Source: Candidatus Saccharimonas aalborgensis (lineage in GTDB: Bacteria > Patescibacteriota > Saccharimonadia > Saccharimonadales > Saccharimonadaceae). Taken from it: DNA of 32,000 nucleotides. Both the position numbers and the translations under genes were made by a program. The stretch lies in the NCBI RefSeq assembly GCF_000392435.1, contig NC_021219.1, forward strand, positions 30,001 to 62,000, read 5' to 3'. Below the pieces are notes generated by a model. That model made no database searches. It saw nothing but the letters and a program-made list of their open reading frames with translations, and was not told where the DNA came from. Of the stretch, positions 23,679-32,000 are shown in pieces. How positions within the stretch are numbered: the stretch's first letter is position 1; each line of letters starts with the position of its first letter.

Positions 23679-24685
23679 ACCCCCGATGCGGGAGTAGTGA
23701 TGCCGTTCATACTCTTGTTGAGTTCGCCCACTTTGACCGAAAGGGCGTTAAGCTTTGCAACAGTTTGGTTGTAAGCAGCTATTCGTTCATTAATGGTGAG
23801 TCGTCGTGCATTGAGTGCGCTAGTACGTGCCAGGAGAGCATTGCGGGCTGCCGTGAGTGCCGACTGAGAAGTGAAACCTCCATTTTTTGCTCGCTCGTTG
23901 AACGAATCAATATCGGTTTCTAGCTGGACTCGATCGACGTCATAGGTCGCAAGATCAGACTTAAGTGCATCTTTTTCGGTTTCGATTTGTGCCGAAAGTG
24001 CCTTTGATTGACTCTCTACTTCTTTGAACACAGCAGTATATTTGGCATTGAGTGCGACGATGCTACTTCGGTCGGTAAAGTAACGTTTATAGTACGCTTC
24101 AAGTTCTGGAGACACTGATGAGATAGTGGTGCCGATGATAGAGTGAAGCTCGTTGATATCCGACCCTGGCTCAGCCTTATTGTAATACGCCATAAGTGAC
24201 TTAATCTCGGGGTCATCTTTTATTTTTTCGTATTGCTCTTGGATCATCCTGTCCACAGACATCCGATCAAAATAATTGAGACGATCGTAGGCAGCATGAA
24301 GCATTTCGTGGGCGGCTGCCACTTCGACTGCGCCGTCAAGATCCTTGTTGGTCACGTTATAGAGATAAATATGACGCTTGAAATAACAGCCGAGCATAGC
24401 GGTCGTACGCTCAGTCGATTCACAACTCGTATTGAATTGATCTTGGCTTTGAATGGTGGGAACACTGGCATAAAACAGATTTGTCCCTTGATCTGTCAGC
24501 TTCAAGCGGCTATTGATCGCAGCTATTTGGGCGTTCGGCTGAAATTGTCTCGCAAGAATCGCATCATACAAACTCGGCCAATAAAAGATGTAGAGCAAGG
24601 CGAAGACAATGACAAGCAACGCCGAAACGAGCGCTCGTAATGCCATGTGACGTTTGACAGACTGATTATTCGGTTCGTTGTTCAA
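23675..24685 (-). CDS. Membrane-anchored hypothetical protein with an HExxH motif and a C-terminal coiled coil
   Basis: The TM segment is ALVSALLVIVFALLYIFYW. AAHEMLHAAY is an HExxH motif. The start may be the ATG at 24646 (MALRAL), which avoids overlap with clpC. The stop overlaps the radA start by 4 nt. Confidence 0.6.
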   Translation of the reverse strand: MNNEPNNQSVKRHMALRALVSALLVIVFALLYIFYWPSLYDAILARQFQPNAQIAAINSRLKLTDQGTNLFYASVPTIQSQDQFNTSCESTERTTAMLGCYFKRHIYLYNVTNKDLDGAVEVAAAHEMLHAAYDRLNYFDRMSVDRMIQEQYEKIKDDPEIKSLMAYYNKAEPGSDINELHSIIGTTISSVSPELEAYYKRYFTDRSSIVALNAKYTAVFKEVESQSKALSAQIETEKDALKSDLATYDVDRVQLETDIDSFNERAKNGGFTSQSALTAARNALLARTSALNARRLTINERIAAYNQTVAKLNALSVKVGELNKSMNGITTPASGV

Positions 24686-27131
24686 GCGTGAGATTCCCCT
24701 TTTCTACTCGTGCTTCTAGTATAGCGCCTTTTTGATAAATCCCGGAAATGATTCCCTCAGCAATGGCGTGCTCAAGCTCATCCTCGATAGCGCGTCGCAA
24801 GGGGCGAGCACCAAATGTCTTACTGTAGCCCTTGTCGATAAGGTGACGTTTTGCAACCGGACTTACTACCAGGCCAATTCCTTGACGAACCAATCGTTCT
24901 TGCAATTCTGAAATGAGGAGGTCAAATATCTTTCCTACTTCCTGACGAGTGAGGGCGCGAAATGTTACTATCCCATCAAGACGATTGATAAGCTCAGGCC
25001 TCATGAATTTTTCTAACTCATGTTGTGCGGCACGGACATTGCGGAGATGAAGCTGGTCAAGCGCCTGCTGTTCTTTTCTTGTAGTATTGTGAAACCCAAG
25101 TGCCGTTTCTCGTGTCATTGCATCAGCACCGAGATTGCTTGTCAAAATGATGATAGTGTTACGAAAACTGACACTGCGACCAGCAGCATCTGTCAATTGT
25201 CCATCCTCAAGCAGTTGCAAGAGGAGCTGAAACACATCAGGATGCGCTTTTTCGATTTCATCAAAGAGTACGACACTATAGGGTTGGCGACGGATTTTGT
25301 CAGTTAACTTACCACCATCTTCGTAACCAACGTACCCAGCAGGGGCACCGATCAGACGACTCGTCGTATGCTTCTCGCCAAACTCACTCATATCAATCTT
25401 GATCAGCGCTTCCTCACTCCCAAACACCTCACGTGCTAGTACCCGTGCAAGTTCCGTTTTGCCGACACCCGTTGGTCCCATAAATACAAAGCTGCCGATC
25501 GGGCGCTTTTGACTCGACACGCCGCTGCGACTTCGTCGGATCGCTCGCGCTACTTTCGTCACGGCATCTTTTTGACCGATAATATACTTGCCCAGATGAG
25601 ATTCGAGCTGCTTAAGGAGACGCGCCTCACTCGTCTGTACTTTCTCGACAGGGATATTGGTCATGACCGCGATGGCATGTGCAATATTTTGCTCGGTAAG
25701 AACAATGGGGTTCTTTGCTTCCTGTGCTTCGCGGACCGCTTCTAGCTGCTCGGTGATCTGGCTAATTCGCTGCTTATAGAGGGCAGCACGCTCATAATCC
25801 TCCCGAACAACTGCTTCTTCCATTTTCTCGTTCAGGCCCTTTAGTTCCTTTAGATATTCACGCTGTTTACTTGGTTTGTGGCCCTGCTTCACCCTGATAA
25901 GTGCAGCTGCCTCATCAATGACATCGATGGCTTTGTCGGGCATGAAACGATCGGCAACGTAGCGATCCGCCATATAGACCGCCGACTCAAGTGCTTGATC
26001 GCTCATGCTGACGCCGTGGTGTTTCTCGTAGTAGCCCTTGAGACCCTTGAGAATAGCAAGTGTTTCACCTAACGTCGGTTCCTTGACGACAATGGTCTGA
26101 AAACGCCGCTCAAGTGCCGTATCTTTTTCGATATGTTTGCGGTATTCATCGAGCGTGGTTGCGCCAATCATATGCAGCTCGCCGCGCGCAAGCGCTGGTT
26201 TCAAGATATTGGCTGCGTCCATGGCACCCTCGGCAGCTCCCGCACCGACAAGCAAGTGCAACTCGTCAATAAAGACGATGACGTTGCCTTGTTTCTTGAT
26301 TTCGGTAACAACTTTTTTAAGGCGATCTTCGAACTCACCTCGATACTTCGTGCCGGCAATCATACCAGCCATATCAAGCTGAATGACGCGTTTGTCGAGC
26401 AAGTGGTCCGGGACATCCTCGGCGACAATGCGCTGTGCCAGCCCCTCTACGATTGCCGTCTTACCGACACCGGGCTCACCAATCAACACGGGATTGTTTT
26501 TTGTGCGTCGGCTGAGAATGGTGACAAGTCGTTCTACTTCTTTGGCACGACCGATCATGGCATCAAGCTCGCCTGCGAGTGCACTTGCTGTCAGATCAAT
26601 TCCAAAGGTTGCAAGAGCACCGCCCCGAATTGGTTTGACGCCATTTTTTGCTGTCGTTTCCTCACTTACCCCTGGCATTTCCGAAAAATGAGCCTCCAGG
26701 CCATCGATCAATTCATCGACGTCTACTTCCATATCGCGAAGCAGGACTGTTGCCCGTGCGTTATCTTGTTTGAGCAGACTATAGAGAATATGCTCAGTTC
26801 CGAGGTGATCATGGTTATGATCCTTGGCAACCTCCCAGCCCATTTTGAGTGTCAGCAGCGCCGTCTCGGATAGTCCAACAGCGCCCGTCCGTACTACCAC
26901 ATGCTGAGGGGTGATATTGAGCAAATCTTCGGCACGTTGAAGGGTCACGCCAACGTCTGCTAGCACCTTAGCGCCCGTGCTACTCCCCTGTGCCAGAACT
27001 CCTAGTAAAAGATGCTCCGTGCCTATATAGGCGTTCCCGCTTCCCCGAGCAATCGCATCAGCGTGCTGAACACTCAACTTGGCGTTGTCGGTAAGGTGTG
27101 AAATAAAATCGGCAAAATCATCTGGTAGCAT
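24666..27131 (-). CDS. clpC: ATP-dependent Clp protease ATP-binding subunit ClpC
   Basis: Clp_N repeats are followed by two AAA+ modules ([13 protein letters not shown] and [11 protein letters not shown]). The UVR-like linker is [14 protein letters not shown] chose the ATG at 27131, preceded by GGAGG (27145..27141); the track ORF starts at 27200. Confidence 0.9.
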   Translation of the reverse strand: MLPDDFADFISHLTDNAKLSVQHADAIARGSGNAYIGTEHLLLGVLAQGSSTGAKVLADVGVTLQRAEDLLNITPQHVVVRTGAVGLSETALLTLKMGWEVAKDHNHDHLGTEHILYSLLKQDNARATVLLRDMEVDVDELIDGLEAHFSEMPGVSEETTAKNGVKPIRGGALATFGIDLTASALAGELDAMIGRAKEVERLVTILSRRTKNNPVLIGEPGVGKTAIVEGLAQRIVAEDVPDHLLDKRVIQLDMAGMIAGTKYRGEFEDRLKKVVTEIKKQGNVIVFIDELHLLVGAGAAEGAMDAANILKPALARGELHMIGATTLDEYRKHIEKDTALERRFQTIVVKEPTLGETLAILKGLKGYYEKHHGVSMSDQALESAVYMADRYVADRFMPDKAIDVIDEAAALIRVKQGHKPSKQREYLKELKGLNEKMEEAVVREDYERAALYKQRISQITEQLEAVREAQEAKNPIVLTEQNIAHAIAVMTNIPVEKVQTSEARLLKQLESHLGKYIIGQKDAVTKVARAIRRSRSGVSSQKRPIGSFVFMGPTGVGKTELARVLAREVFGSEEALIKIDMSEFGEKHTTSRLIGAPAGYVGYEDGGKLTDKIRRQPYSVVLFDEIEKAHPDVFQLLLQLLEDGQLTDAAGRSVSFRNTIIILTSNLGADAMTRETALGFHNTTRKEQQALDQLHLRNVRAAQHELEKFMRPELINRLDGIVTFRALTRQEVGKIFDLLISELQERLVRQGIGLVVSPVAKRHLIDKGYSKTFGARPLRRAIEDELEHAIAEGIISGIYQKGAILEARVEKGNLTLEQRTE

Positions 27132-27209
27132 CGTTTTGTTCCTCCATACGGGGAGATTCCCACGTGGCCCAATTATAAAGCACCTATTGGCACTCGTCAA
27201 GTGAGAGTG

Positions 27210-27428
27210 CTAATTTACCGATCTTAGTATTGTATCTCCGTCATCGAGTTCGTCAACATCACCGCCAGACTGAGCTATTTCCTCAAGTGCTCGCGCTCTT
27301 GAGGCAAGCCAGCCTCTGGTGATTGCTCTTCGAACTTCTTTCGGTATTTCAGGCAATGGTAATGCAGTATCATCGGCACGCCATGCAGCCAATCCTTCGT
27401 GTGCAAAAACAGGTTTATGGCCTTTCAT
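27210..27428 (-). CDS. Small hypothetical protein, 72 aa, immediately downstream of nusA
   Basis: The ORF starts directly after the nusA stop. No recognised motif. Confidence 0.45.
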   Translation of the reverse strand: MKGHKPVFAHEGLAAWRADDTALPLPEIPKEVRRAITRGWLASRARALEEIAQSGGDVDELDDGDTILRSVN

Positions 27429-28547
27429 CTATTCACCCTGCTCTTCGATAGCAGCAAAGAGACCATCCTCAATGTTCTTCTTTGGTTTCTTTTCGGCAGG
27501 TTTGGCAGTCGCCGTTTCGATGTCAAGTTCAAAGCCGGTTAGGCGAGCAGCCAGACGAACGTTTTGACCACCGCGGCCAATGGCGATGCTTTGTTGATCC
27601 TCGGTCACAAATACCTTAGCCCGCTTTGTTTCCTTGTCAATCTCAACCTTTACCACCTCGGCAGGACTGAGGGCATTGCGGATGTACGTATCGATATTTT
27701 CGTCATAGGTCACGATATCGATTTTTTCCTGGTCGCCAATCTCATTCATGACAGCATTGACGCGCGTTCCGTGACCACCGACAAAGGTACCGACTGGATC
27801 GACTCCTGGAACCGTGCTCATAACTGCTAGTTTGGTGCGGCGTCCCGCTTCGCGAGCAATGCCCTTGATCTCTACTGCGCCGGTCTCCATCTCGGGAACT
27901 TCCTGACGAAATAGGTATTCGATAAAGGCTTCGTTGCCGCGGCTCAAAATGAGCTGTGGACCTCTGGTGTCGCGTTCGATATCCTTGATGAATACTTTGA
28001 GTCGGCTTCCAACTGAGTAGAACTCGCCCTGAATCTGCTCACTCTGCGGGATAATGCCCGTTGCTTTGCCAAGCTCAATCCGTACGACACGTGGCTCAAC
28101 TCGCTGTACGACACCGGTGACAACCGTACCGATCTTGTCTTCATACTCCGCTAGTACCACCTCGCGCTCTGCTTCTCGCAGACGCTGCAACACCACTTGC
28201 TTCGCCGTCTGAGCAGCCACACGTCCAAATGATATCACCTCGTGCTTTTCCTCGAGTATATCCTCGAGTTTAGCGTCTTTTTTGAGCTTTTTGGCCTCGG
28301 CAAGGCTGACTTCGATAGCAGGGTTGATAGCTTCTTCGACAACTTCGCGCTGGACATAAACAGTCGCCGTACCGTCGTTGATATTGAGCTCAGCGCGAAC
28401 TTCTTGCTCACGCTCACCATTATCACGGCGCCACGCGGCCGCAATTGCTTGTTCGATTATCTCGAGCACTGTTTCTTCGGGCAGATTTTTTTCTTCGGCA
28501 ATTGTCCGGACGGCAAGCGTCAGTTGTTTGATATTGAGATCTTCCAT
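27429..28547 (-). CDS. nusA: Transcription termination/antitermination factor NusA
   Basis: An N-terminal NusA domain is followed by an S1 domain (GTVVTGVVQRVEPRVVRIELG) and KH domains (GVDPVGTFVGGHGTRV, AIGRGGQNVRLA). I chose the ATG at 28547 (MEDLNIKQL), preceded by AAAGGA. Confidence 0.9.
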   Translation of the reverse strand: MEDLNIKQLTLAVRTIAEEKNLPEETVLEIIEQAIAAAWRRDNGEREQEVRAELNINDGTATVYVQREVVEEAINPAIEVSLAEAKKLKKDAKLEDILEEKHEVISFGRVAAQTAKQVVLQRLREAEREVVLAEYEDKIGTVVTGVVQRVEPRVVRIELGKATGIIPQSEQIQGEFYSVGSRLKVFIKDIERDTRGPQLILSRGNEAFIEYLFRQEVPEMETGAVEIKGIAREAGRRTKLAVMSTVPGVDPVGTFVGGHGTRVNAVMNEIGDQEKIDIVTYDENIDTYIRNALSPAEVVKVEIDKETKRAKVFVTEDQQSIAIGRGGQNVRLAARLTGFELDIETATAKPAEKKPKKNIEDGLFAAIEEQGE

Positions 28548-28647
28548 TACATCCTTTCCTGGGAGAGTGTGTTCTCCCTGATCATAAGGGATCATTAGTA
28601 TTTCTTACGAAAAACTCCGACCTGCCGGCCGGATGAGTACGTTTTTC

Positions 28648-28676
28648 ATATTAGCACACTAGGTTAAGAAAGTCAA
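28648..28676 (-). promoter_or_regulatory. Sigma70-like promoter upstream of nusA
   Basis: On the minus strand, TTGACT (28676..28671), a 17-nt spacer, then TAATAT (28653..28648). This shows that backbone genes use the same promoter style as the GC-rich cassettes. Confidence 0.5.
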
Positions 28677-29344
28677 GAACCGCGTTCGAGCAGCTCTAGT
28701 GCGCTCCAAACAAACGGGTGAGCACCCCTTCCTTTTCCCCTTAGGCACGGCTGGTCAATTAAGGTATAGTTTCCATCTTCATCAATAAACACATTACCGC
28801 CAAGGTTGTTTCCCCTTCGTAAGTCATTGACGAGTGTGCGCGAAACATACCTGCCGAGTTCTCTATCGAGCCTTGTTTCTACCGTATCGACGTGGGCATG
28901 AAGTGTCCGCATGGTTTCCGTATAATCAGCCTGGAAATCTCTTAAAGCTCCTCGCAACGATTCACCTGGAGCCATCTCAATTACCGAGACACCACGTTGA
29001 CCACCATCGGTGACAACAATAGGATGGCGGACCGCACTCACCCCCTCTGTGCTTTTTGATAAACGCTCGTAAAGGCCGTTCATGACCCGCTGCTGTATAA
29101 CCGCGTCGGCAGCAGACGGATGATACTTGATCACGAGACCAGTGGCACTATCGCGGACAACAAAGAGGTTCGGGTTGTAGCGCGAAACATGCGTGCTGAG
29201 TCGATCATCGCCATAACGTCTGCGCACCGCCACCACACTGCCTGTTACATAAGCAAGTTCAGCGATTTCTCTAGCTTCAGCAATAGCACCTGGATCTATG
29301 TCGGGTGTCAGGTATGAGCTGTCTATTACTTCCATTTTTTTCAT
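28673..29344 (-). CDS. Hypothetical protein, 223 aa (possible protein kinase-like/phosphotransferase fold; low confidence)
   Basis: I chose the start MKKMEVIDSS at 29344. The 113 N-terminal residues of the track ORF read through into the GC-rich cassette and are Arg/Gly/Pro-rich junk. NVFIDEDGNYTLIDQP resembles the catalytic-loop/DFG region of small kinases. Confidence 0.55.
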   Translation of the reverse strand: MKKMEVIDSSYLTPDIDPGAIAEAREIAELAYVTGSVVAVRRRYGDDRLSTHVSRYNPNLFVVRDSATGLVIKYHPSAADAVIQQRVMNGLYERLSKSTEGVSAVRHPIVVTDGGQRGVSVIEMAPGESLRGALRDFQADYTETMRTLHAHVDTVETRLDRELGRYVSRTLVNDLRRGNNLGGNVFIDEDGNYTLIDQPCLRGKGRGAHPFVWSALELLERGS

Positions 29345-29418
29345 AGCTATAGAGCATCTTTCTAGCAGAATCGCCCGCCCCCGGGAGGGAGCGGAACGAC
29401 CTGCTGGCCGAGCTCTCT

Positions 29419-29670
29419 CTAGGAGCGGGCATGAGGTGTCGGTTTGACCGGCACCACCTTGTAGACACTTGGGCGAGGCCCTTGGTTCAGAGAGAATGCG
29501 ACCAGTTCGGCTGCGCGCTGAGCCTGAGCGAAGGCTGAGCAGGCCGAGAATGACCCACGGGCGACCTCGACCCCCGTGGGAGCATCCGCTCCTACCTGAG
29601 TACGAAAACTGGTCACCGGCGGGTACTTCATGACGACGTGCGAGGTGCTGTCCGCACCTTCGAACTCCAT
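29419..29670 (-). CDS. Small hypothetical protein, 83 aa (third gene of the GC-rich operon)
   Basis: The ATG at 29670..29668 shares one base with the upstream stop TGA (29672..29670). GC-rich codons. No recognised motif. Confidence 0.5.
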   Translation of the reverse strand: MEFEGADSTSHVVMKYPPVTSFRTQVGADAPTGVEVARGSFSACSAFAQAQRAAELVAFSLNQGPRPSVYKVVPVKPTPHARS

Positions 29671-29891
29671 CACCTGTTTTCACCTCCTGTTGTCAGCAGT
29701 TCCTCGAGCCAGACGTCCTGCACCGGTATCACCTTTCGCTCAAAGAGCGAGAAGGTGCCAGCGAGCAGGCCGTAGAACGTGATACCCATCAGCGAACCGC
29801 CGATGAGTATAACCATCATGACGTAGCACAGGATGACCTCGAAACCGAGACCGGCTATCGCCACCGGCGCGTACCAGAGCGGGAAATCCAT
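29670..29891 (-). CDS. Small membrane protein, 73 aa, two predicted TM helices
   Basis: The hydrophobic segments are WYAPVAIAGLGFEVILCYVMMVILIGG and ITFYGLLAGTFSLF. The start lies 1 nt after the upstream stop. Confidence 0.55.
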   Translation of the reverse strand: MDFPLWYAPVAIAGLGFEVILCYVMMVILIGGSLMGITFYGLLAGTFSLFERKVIPVQDVWLEELLTTGGENR

Positions 29892-29892
29892 C

Positions 29893-30141
29893 TCAGTATT
29901 CCTGTGTCATTGCCCAGCTCAATGGAGCCTGAGCTCCTGGGAAGCTGACGAGCCGGATGATGTACTCAACTCCCGGCTCATCGACGTCTGGTTGATCGGC
30001 GATGAAGCCGACACAGGTCAGTTCGGCTGTCGTCGGTCCGTAGACCGACAAGCGAGCTCGGGCACACGCCGGAGAGTCCGGGGTGACCCGGAAAACCACA
30101 TACCAATTCTCCCAATGTCCTTCAGCCGCCACGCGTATCAC
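29893..30141 (-). CDS. Small hypothetical protein, 79-82 aa (first gene of the GC-rich operon)
   Basis: The GTG at 30141 directly abuts AGAGG. The GTG at 30132 has better Shine-Dalgarno spacing. GC-rich codons. No recognised motif. Confidence 0.5.
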   Translation of the reverse strand: MIRVAAEGHWENWYVVFRVTPDSPACARARLSVYGPTTAELTCVGFIADQPDVDEPGVEYIIRLVSFPGAQAPLSWAMTQEY

Positions 30142-30185
30142 CTCTTTCGTAGGATCGAACTATTGTGTGGGGTTGATCAATTTCT

Positions 30186-30214
30186 ATATTACAACTTTAT
30201 TGACTATTTATCAA
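30186..30214 (-). promoter_or_regulatory. Sigma70-like promoter for the three-gene operon
   Basis: On the minus strand, TTGATA (30214..30209), a 17-nt spacer, then TAATAT (30191..30186). Its spacer shares TCAATAAA at the same offset with the Ubl promoter. Confidence 0.5.
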
Positions 30215-30230
30215 GTTTACAAAAAAACCT

Positions 30231-30347
30231 GAATCTCAACCCTCCTCCGACAGACAGTTGGCCCTGATGGGCCAAGGCCCGCCAAGAGCGAAGGCTGATT
30301 TAGTTAGCGGCGGGCCGGTTGTCTGGAGTGGGGAGAGGATGGGTTTG
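30231..30347 (+). repeat. Long imperfect palindrome repeat, copy 2
   Basis: A 40-nt block (CCGACAGACAGTTGGCCCTGATGGGCCAAGGCCCGCCAAG) and a 29-nt block (AGCGGCGGGCCGGTTGTCTGGAGTGGGGA) are identical to copy 1. The central loop and outer arms differ. Confidence 0.6.
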
Positions 30348-30373
30348 TGTCTCTCGTGCTACACTGGTACGTG

Positions 30374-31402
30374 ATGCAACTCGCTGATTTTCATTATGAT
30401 ATTCCCGAAAAACTGATCGCGACCACGCCACCGACAGTACGCGGTGATGCGCGGCTGCTAGTTCTTGACCGCCAGAGCGGCACTGTTAGTGATCGACACT
30501 ACCCAGATATCGTCGACTACCTCGGGCTTGGCGACGTGCTTATCATCAATGACACCAAAGTCATCAAGGCTCGATTGATAACAACCAAACAAACCGGTGG
30601 CACACGCGAGCTTGTGCTTGTCGAGAAGCACGGTCGCAGTGACGACTGGCATACCCACAAGGTTATCTACCGACGCAAGTTAGCTGTTGGGGACAAACTC
30701 TCTGTCGGAGCCGATACGCTGACGGTGGAGGAACTACTTGATGGTGGCATGGCAATCATCAAAAGTGAGCGTGACCTGCTACAAATCGCCGAAGAACACG
30801 GCTCGGTGCCGCTGCCACCGTATATGCGGCGCGACGCAACGCCAGCAGATATCGAGCGATACCAGACGATATTTGCCCGTGAGCAGGGGTCGGTCGCCGC
30901 TCCGACGGCAAGTCTCAATATGACAGAGGAGACCCTCTCACGACTCCGCGACAAAGGCATTGTCGTCGTCTATGCAACGCTGCATGTCGGCCTCGGTACG
31001 TTTCTGCCTATTCGCGTCGAAGATGTTACCGATCATCATATGCATAAGGAGTATTTTGAGATTCCCGCAGTCACTGTAAGCGCGATACGTGATGCCAAGG
31101 CAAAGGGTAAGCGAGTTGTCGCCCTCGGCACGACTGTGACACGCACACTTGAGTATGCTCACGAAGCCATCCTGGCCGGGCCGCCTAGAGACCTCTCGGG
31201 CGAAGCAGATATCTTTATGTATCCTGGCTATAGCTTTAAGATTATCGACGGCCTGATCACGAACTTTCATATGCCAGATAGCACCGTCCTCATGCTGACC
31301 GCGGCCTTTGCAGGATGGGATAAGCTCAAGCCTGCCTATGAACACGCTATCGACAAAAGCTATCGGTTCTTTAGCTACGGCGACAGTATGTTGATCCTGT
31401 AG
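30374..31402 (+). CDS. queA: S-adenosylmethionine:tRNA ribosyltransferase-isomerase QueA
   Basis: MQLADFHYDIPEKLIATTPPTVRGDARLLVL, YQTIFAREQGSVAAPTASLN and HVGLGTF are typical QueA blocks. I chose the ATG at 30374; the track ORF starts at 30347 inside the repeat. Confidence 0.9.
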   Translation: MQLADFHYDIPEKLIATTPPTVRGDARLLVLDRQSGTVSDRHYPDIVDYLGLGDVLIINDTKVIKARLITTKQTGGTRELVLVEKHGRSDDWHTHKVIYRRKLAVGDKLSVGADTLTVEELLDGGMAIIKSERDLLQIAEEHGSVPLPPYMRRDATPADIERYQTIFAREQGSVAAPTASLNMTEETLSRLRDKGIVVVYATLHVGLGTFLPIRVEDVTDHHMHKEYFEIPAVTVSAIRDAKAKGKRVVALGTTVTRTLEYAHEAILAGPPRDLSGEADIFMYPGYSFKIIDGLITNFHMPDSTVLMLTAAFAGWDKLKPAYEHAIDKSYRFFSYGDSMLIL

Positions 31403-31419
31403 CCCACAAAAAGCAAACT

Positions 31420-31467
31420 GCCCGCCCCCGAGGGAGCGAGCAGTCGCTACAACCTCGAGGGACGGGC
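31420..31467. terminator. GC-rich hairpin between convergent queA and the membrane protein gene
   Basis: GCCCGCCCCCGAGG (31420-31433) pairs with CCTCGAGGGACGGGC (31453-31467) over about 13 bp, with one mismatch and one bulge. Confidence 0.5.
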
Positions 31468-31468
31468 G

Positions 31469-32000
31469 CTAAGAAACCGAAACTGATACTACCTTCCGCC
31501 TCATAATGATGGTGATCGCCATCAACACGTCGCAGAGAAGGAGATGCAATGGCGCCAAGTAGAGGAACCACTCTGGCGAACCAACGGCAACGACATTGAG
31601 TGCCGCGGCTACTGAGCCAAGCCCCCACATCATCAATGGCTCGGACGACGGATCGCGCCAGGTCTTGATGAGGCTGAGCGTGATACCGATGGTATCGGCA
31701 ACGAGGATGCAGACGAGCGCCATCAGCGCCGAGCTCATCGCGAACCACAGCGTGATACTGGTGAGCGCGATGACGAGCGCAAGTGAGTTTGGCCAGTCAA
31801 GTCCTCCCTCTCCCCGACCGCGCGTCAGCGACAGGCAAAATATCGTGAGGTTGACCACTACGAACCAGCCAAAGACAAACAGGCTGTCGCGTGAGCCAAG
31901 GGCGAACTGAGAGCCGAAGATCACGAGCGCGGTCATCAGGAAGATGAACCACGTATAGCGATGGGGCTGCGCTTGACGCCGCCAAATGGCTTTGACGTAG
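31469..32000 (-). CDS. Multi-pass membrane protein (GC-rich); the N-terminus may lie beyond the window end
   Basis: The track ORF is 31469..31936 (155 aa, several hydrophobic helices). The same frame stays open to position 32000 (..YVKAIWRRQAQPHRYTWFIFL-MTALVIF), so the start is unresolved. Confidence 0.55.
   Translation of the reverse strand, partial: YVKAIWRRQAQPHRYTWFIFLMTALVIFGSQFALGSRDSLFVFGWFVVVNLTIFCLSLTRGRGEGGLDWPNSLALVIALTSITLWFAMSSALMALVCILVADTIGITLSLIKTWRDPSSEPLMMWGLGSVAAALNVVAVGSPEWFLYLAPLHLLLCDVLMAITIIMRRKVVSVSVS

Noticed and set aside
26133-26873. 246-aa + strand ORF, with neighbours at 25020..26691
   Set aside because: They are antisense to clpC. There are no motifs and the sequence is Cys/Phe-rich junk.
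29345-29683. N-terminal 113 residues of the 336-aa track ORF 28673..29683
   Set aside because: This is a chimeric read-through. The extension lies in the GC-rich cassette in a frame overlapping the 83-aa gene and encodes Arg/Gly/Ser-rich junk. The composition break and the MKKMEV start at 29344 define the real gene.
1-32000. CRISPR arrays, rRNA genes, transposases or integrases
   Set aside because: I saw no regularly spaced short direct repeats. No ORF has recognisable integrase (R..HxxR..Y), DDE or serine recombinase features. There is no rRNA-like sequence.

Overview
The window is a compact bacterial backbone of moderate GC content (about 45-50% by eye). Conserved housekeeping genes are packed tightly on both strands: hisS (truncated by the window start), a SpoU/TrmH methyltransferase, two tRNA-Leu genes, a type IV pilin-like gene, dCMP deaminase, an FAD-linked oxidase, rsmD, recG, tyrS, a class A PBP, a PIN-TRAM protein, radA, clpC, nusA and queA. 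This gene content and compactness resemble a reduced Patescibacteria/Saccharibacteria-like or small Gram-positive-like genome, but that is inference and no search was possible. At least five sharply bounded GC-rich segments (about 60-68% by eye) interrupt the backbone at ~1845-2340, ~8141-12020, ~14440-15005, ~29345-30145 and ~31405 to the window end. Each reads as a self-contained cassette with an AT-rich sigma70-like promoter (17-nt spacer), a 75-100 nt leader, a Shine-Dalgarno site, a GC-rich ORF or ORFs, and a strong hairpin. The main candidate system is the largest island (8.1-12.0 kb), which lies directly downstream of tRNA-Leu(TAG). It encodes an 81-aa beta-grasp ubiquitin-like protein ending in a free C-terminal Gly, a JAB/JAMM metallopeptidase with a complete catalytic motif, and a minimal ThiF/E1-like adenylating enzyme translationally coupled to the JAB gene. 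It also encodes a 475-aa protein built of two repeated coiled-coil plus alpha/beta modules, the second of which carries an E2-like H-x-P...C signature. This looks like a non-canonical bacterial ubiquitin-like conjugation (Bil/Cap2-Cap3-like) locus. Other notable items are a ~115-nt structured element in three copies next to the tRNA-Leu genes with compensatory stem changes and tRNA-fragment junctions, a ~117-nt long-palindrome repeat in two copies whose G-U pairs fit only the + strand transcript, a 57-nt terminator module repeated around a small cassette, and a tightly coupled GC-rich operon of three small proteins. I recognised no integrase, transposase, CRISPR array or rRNA.
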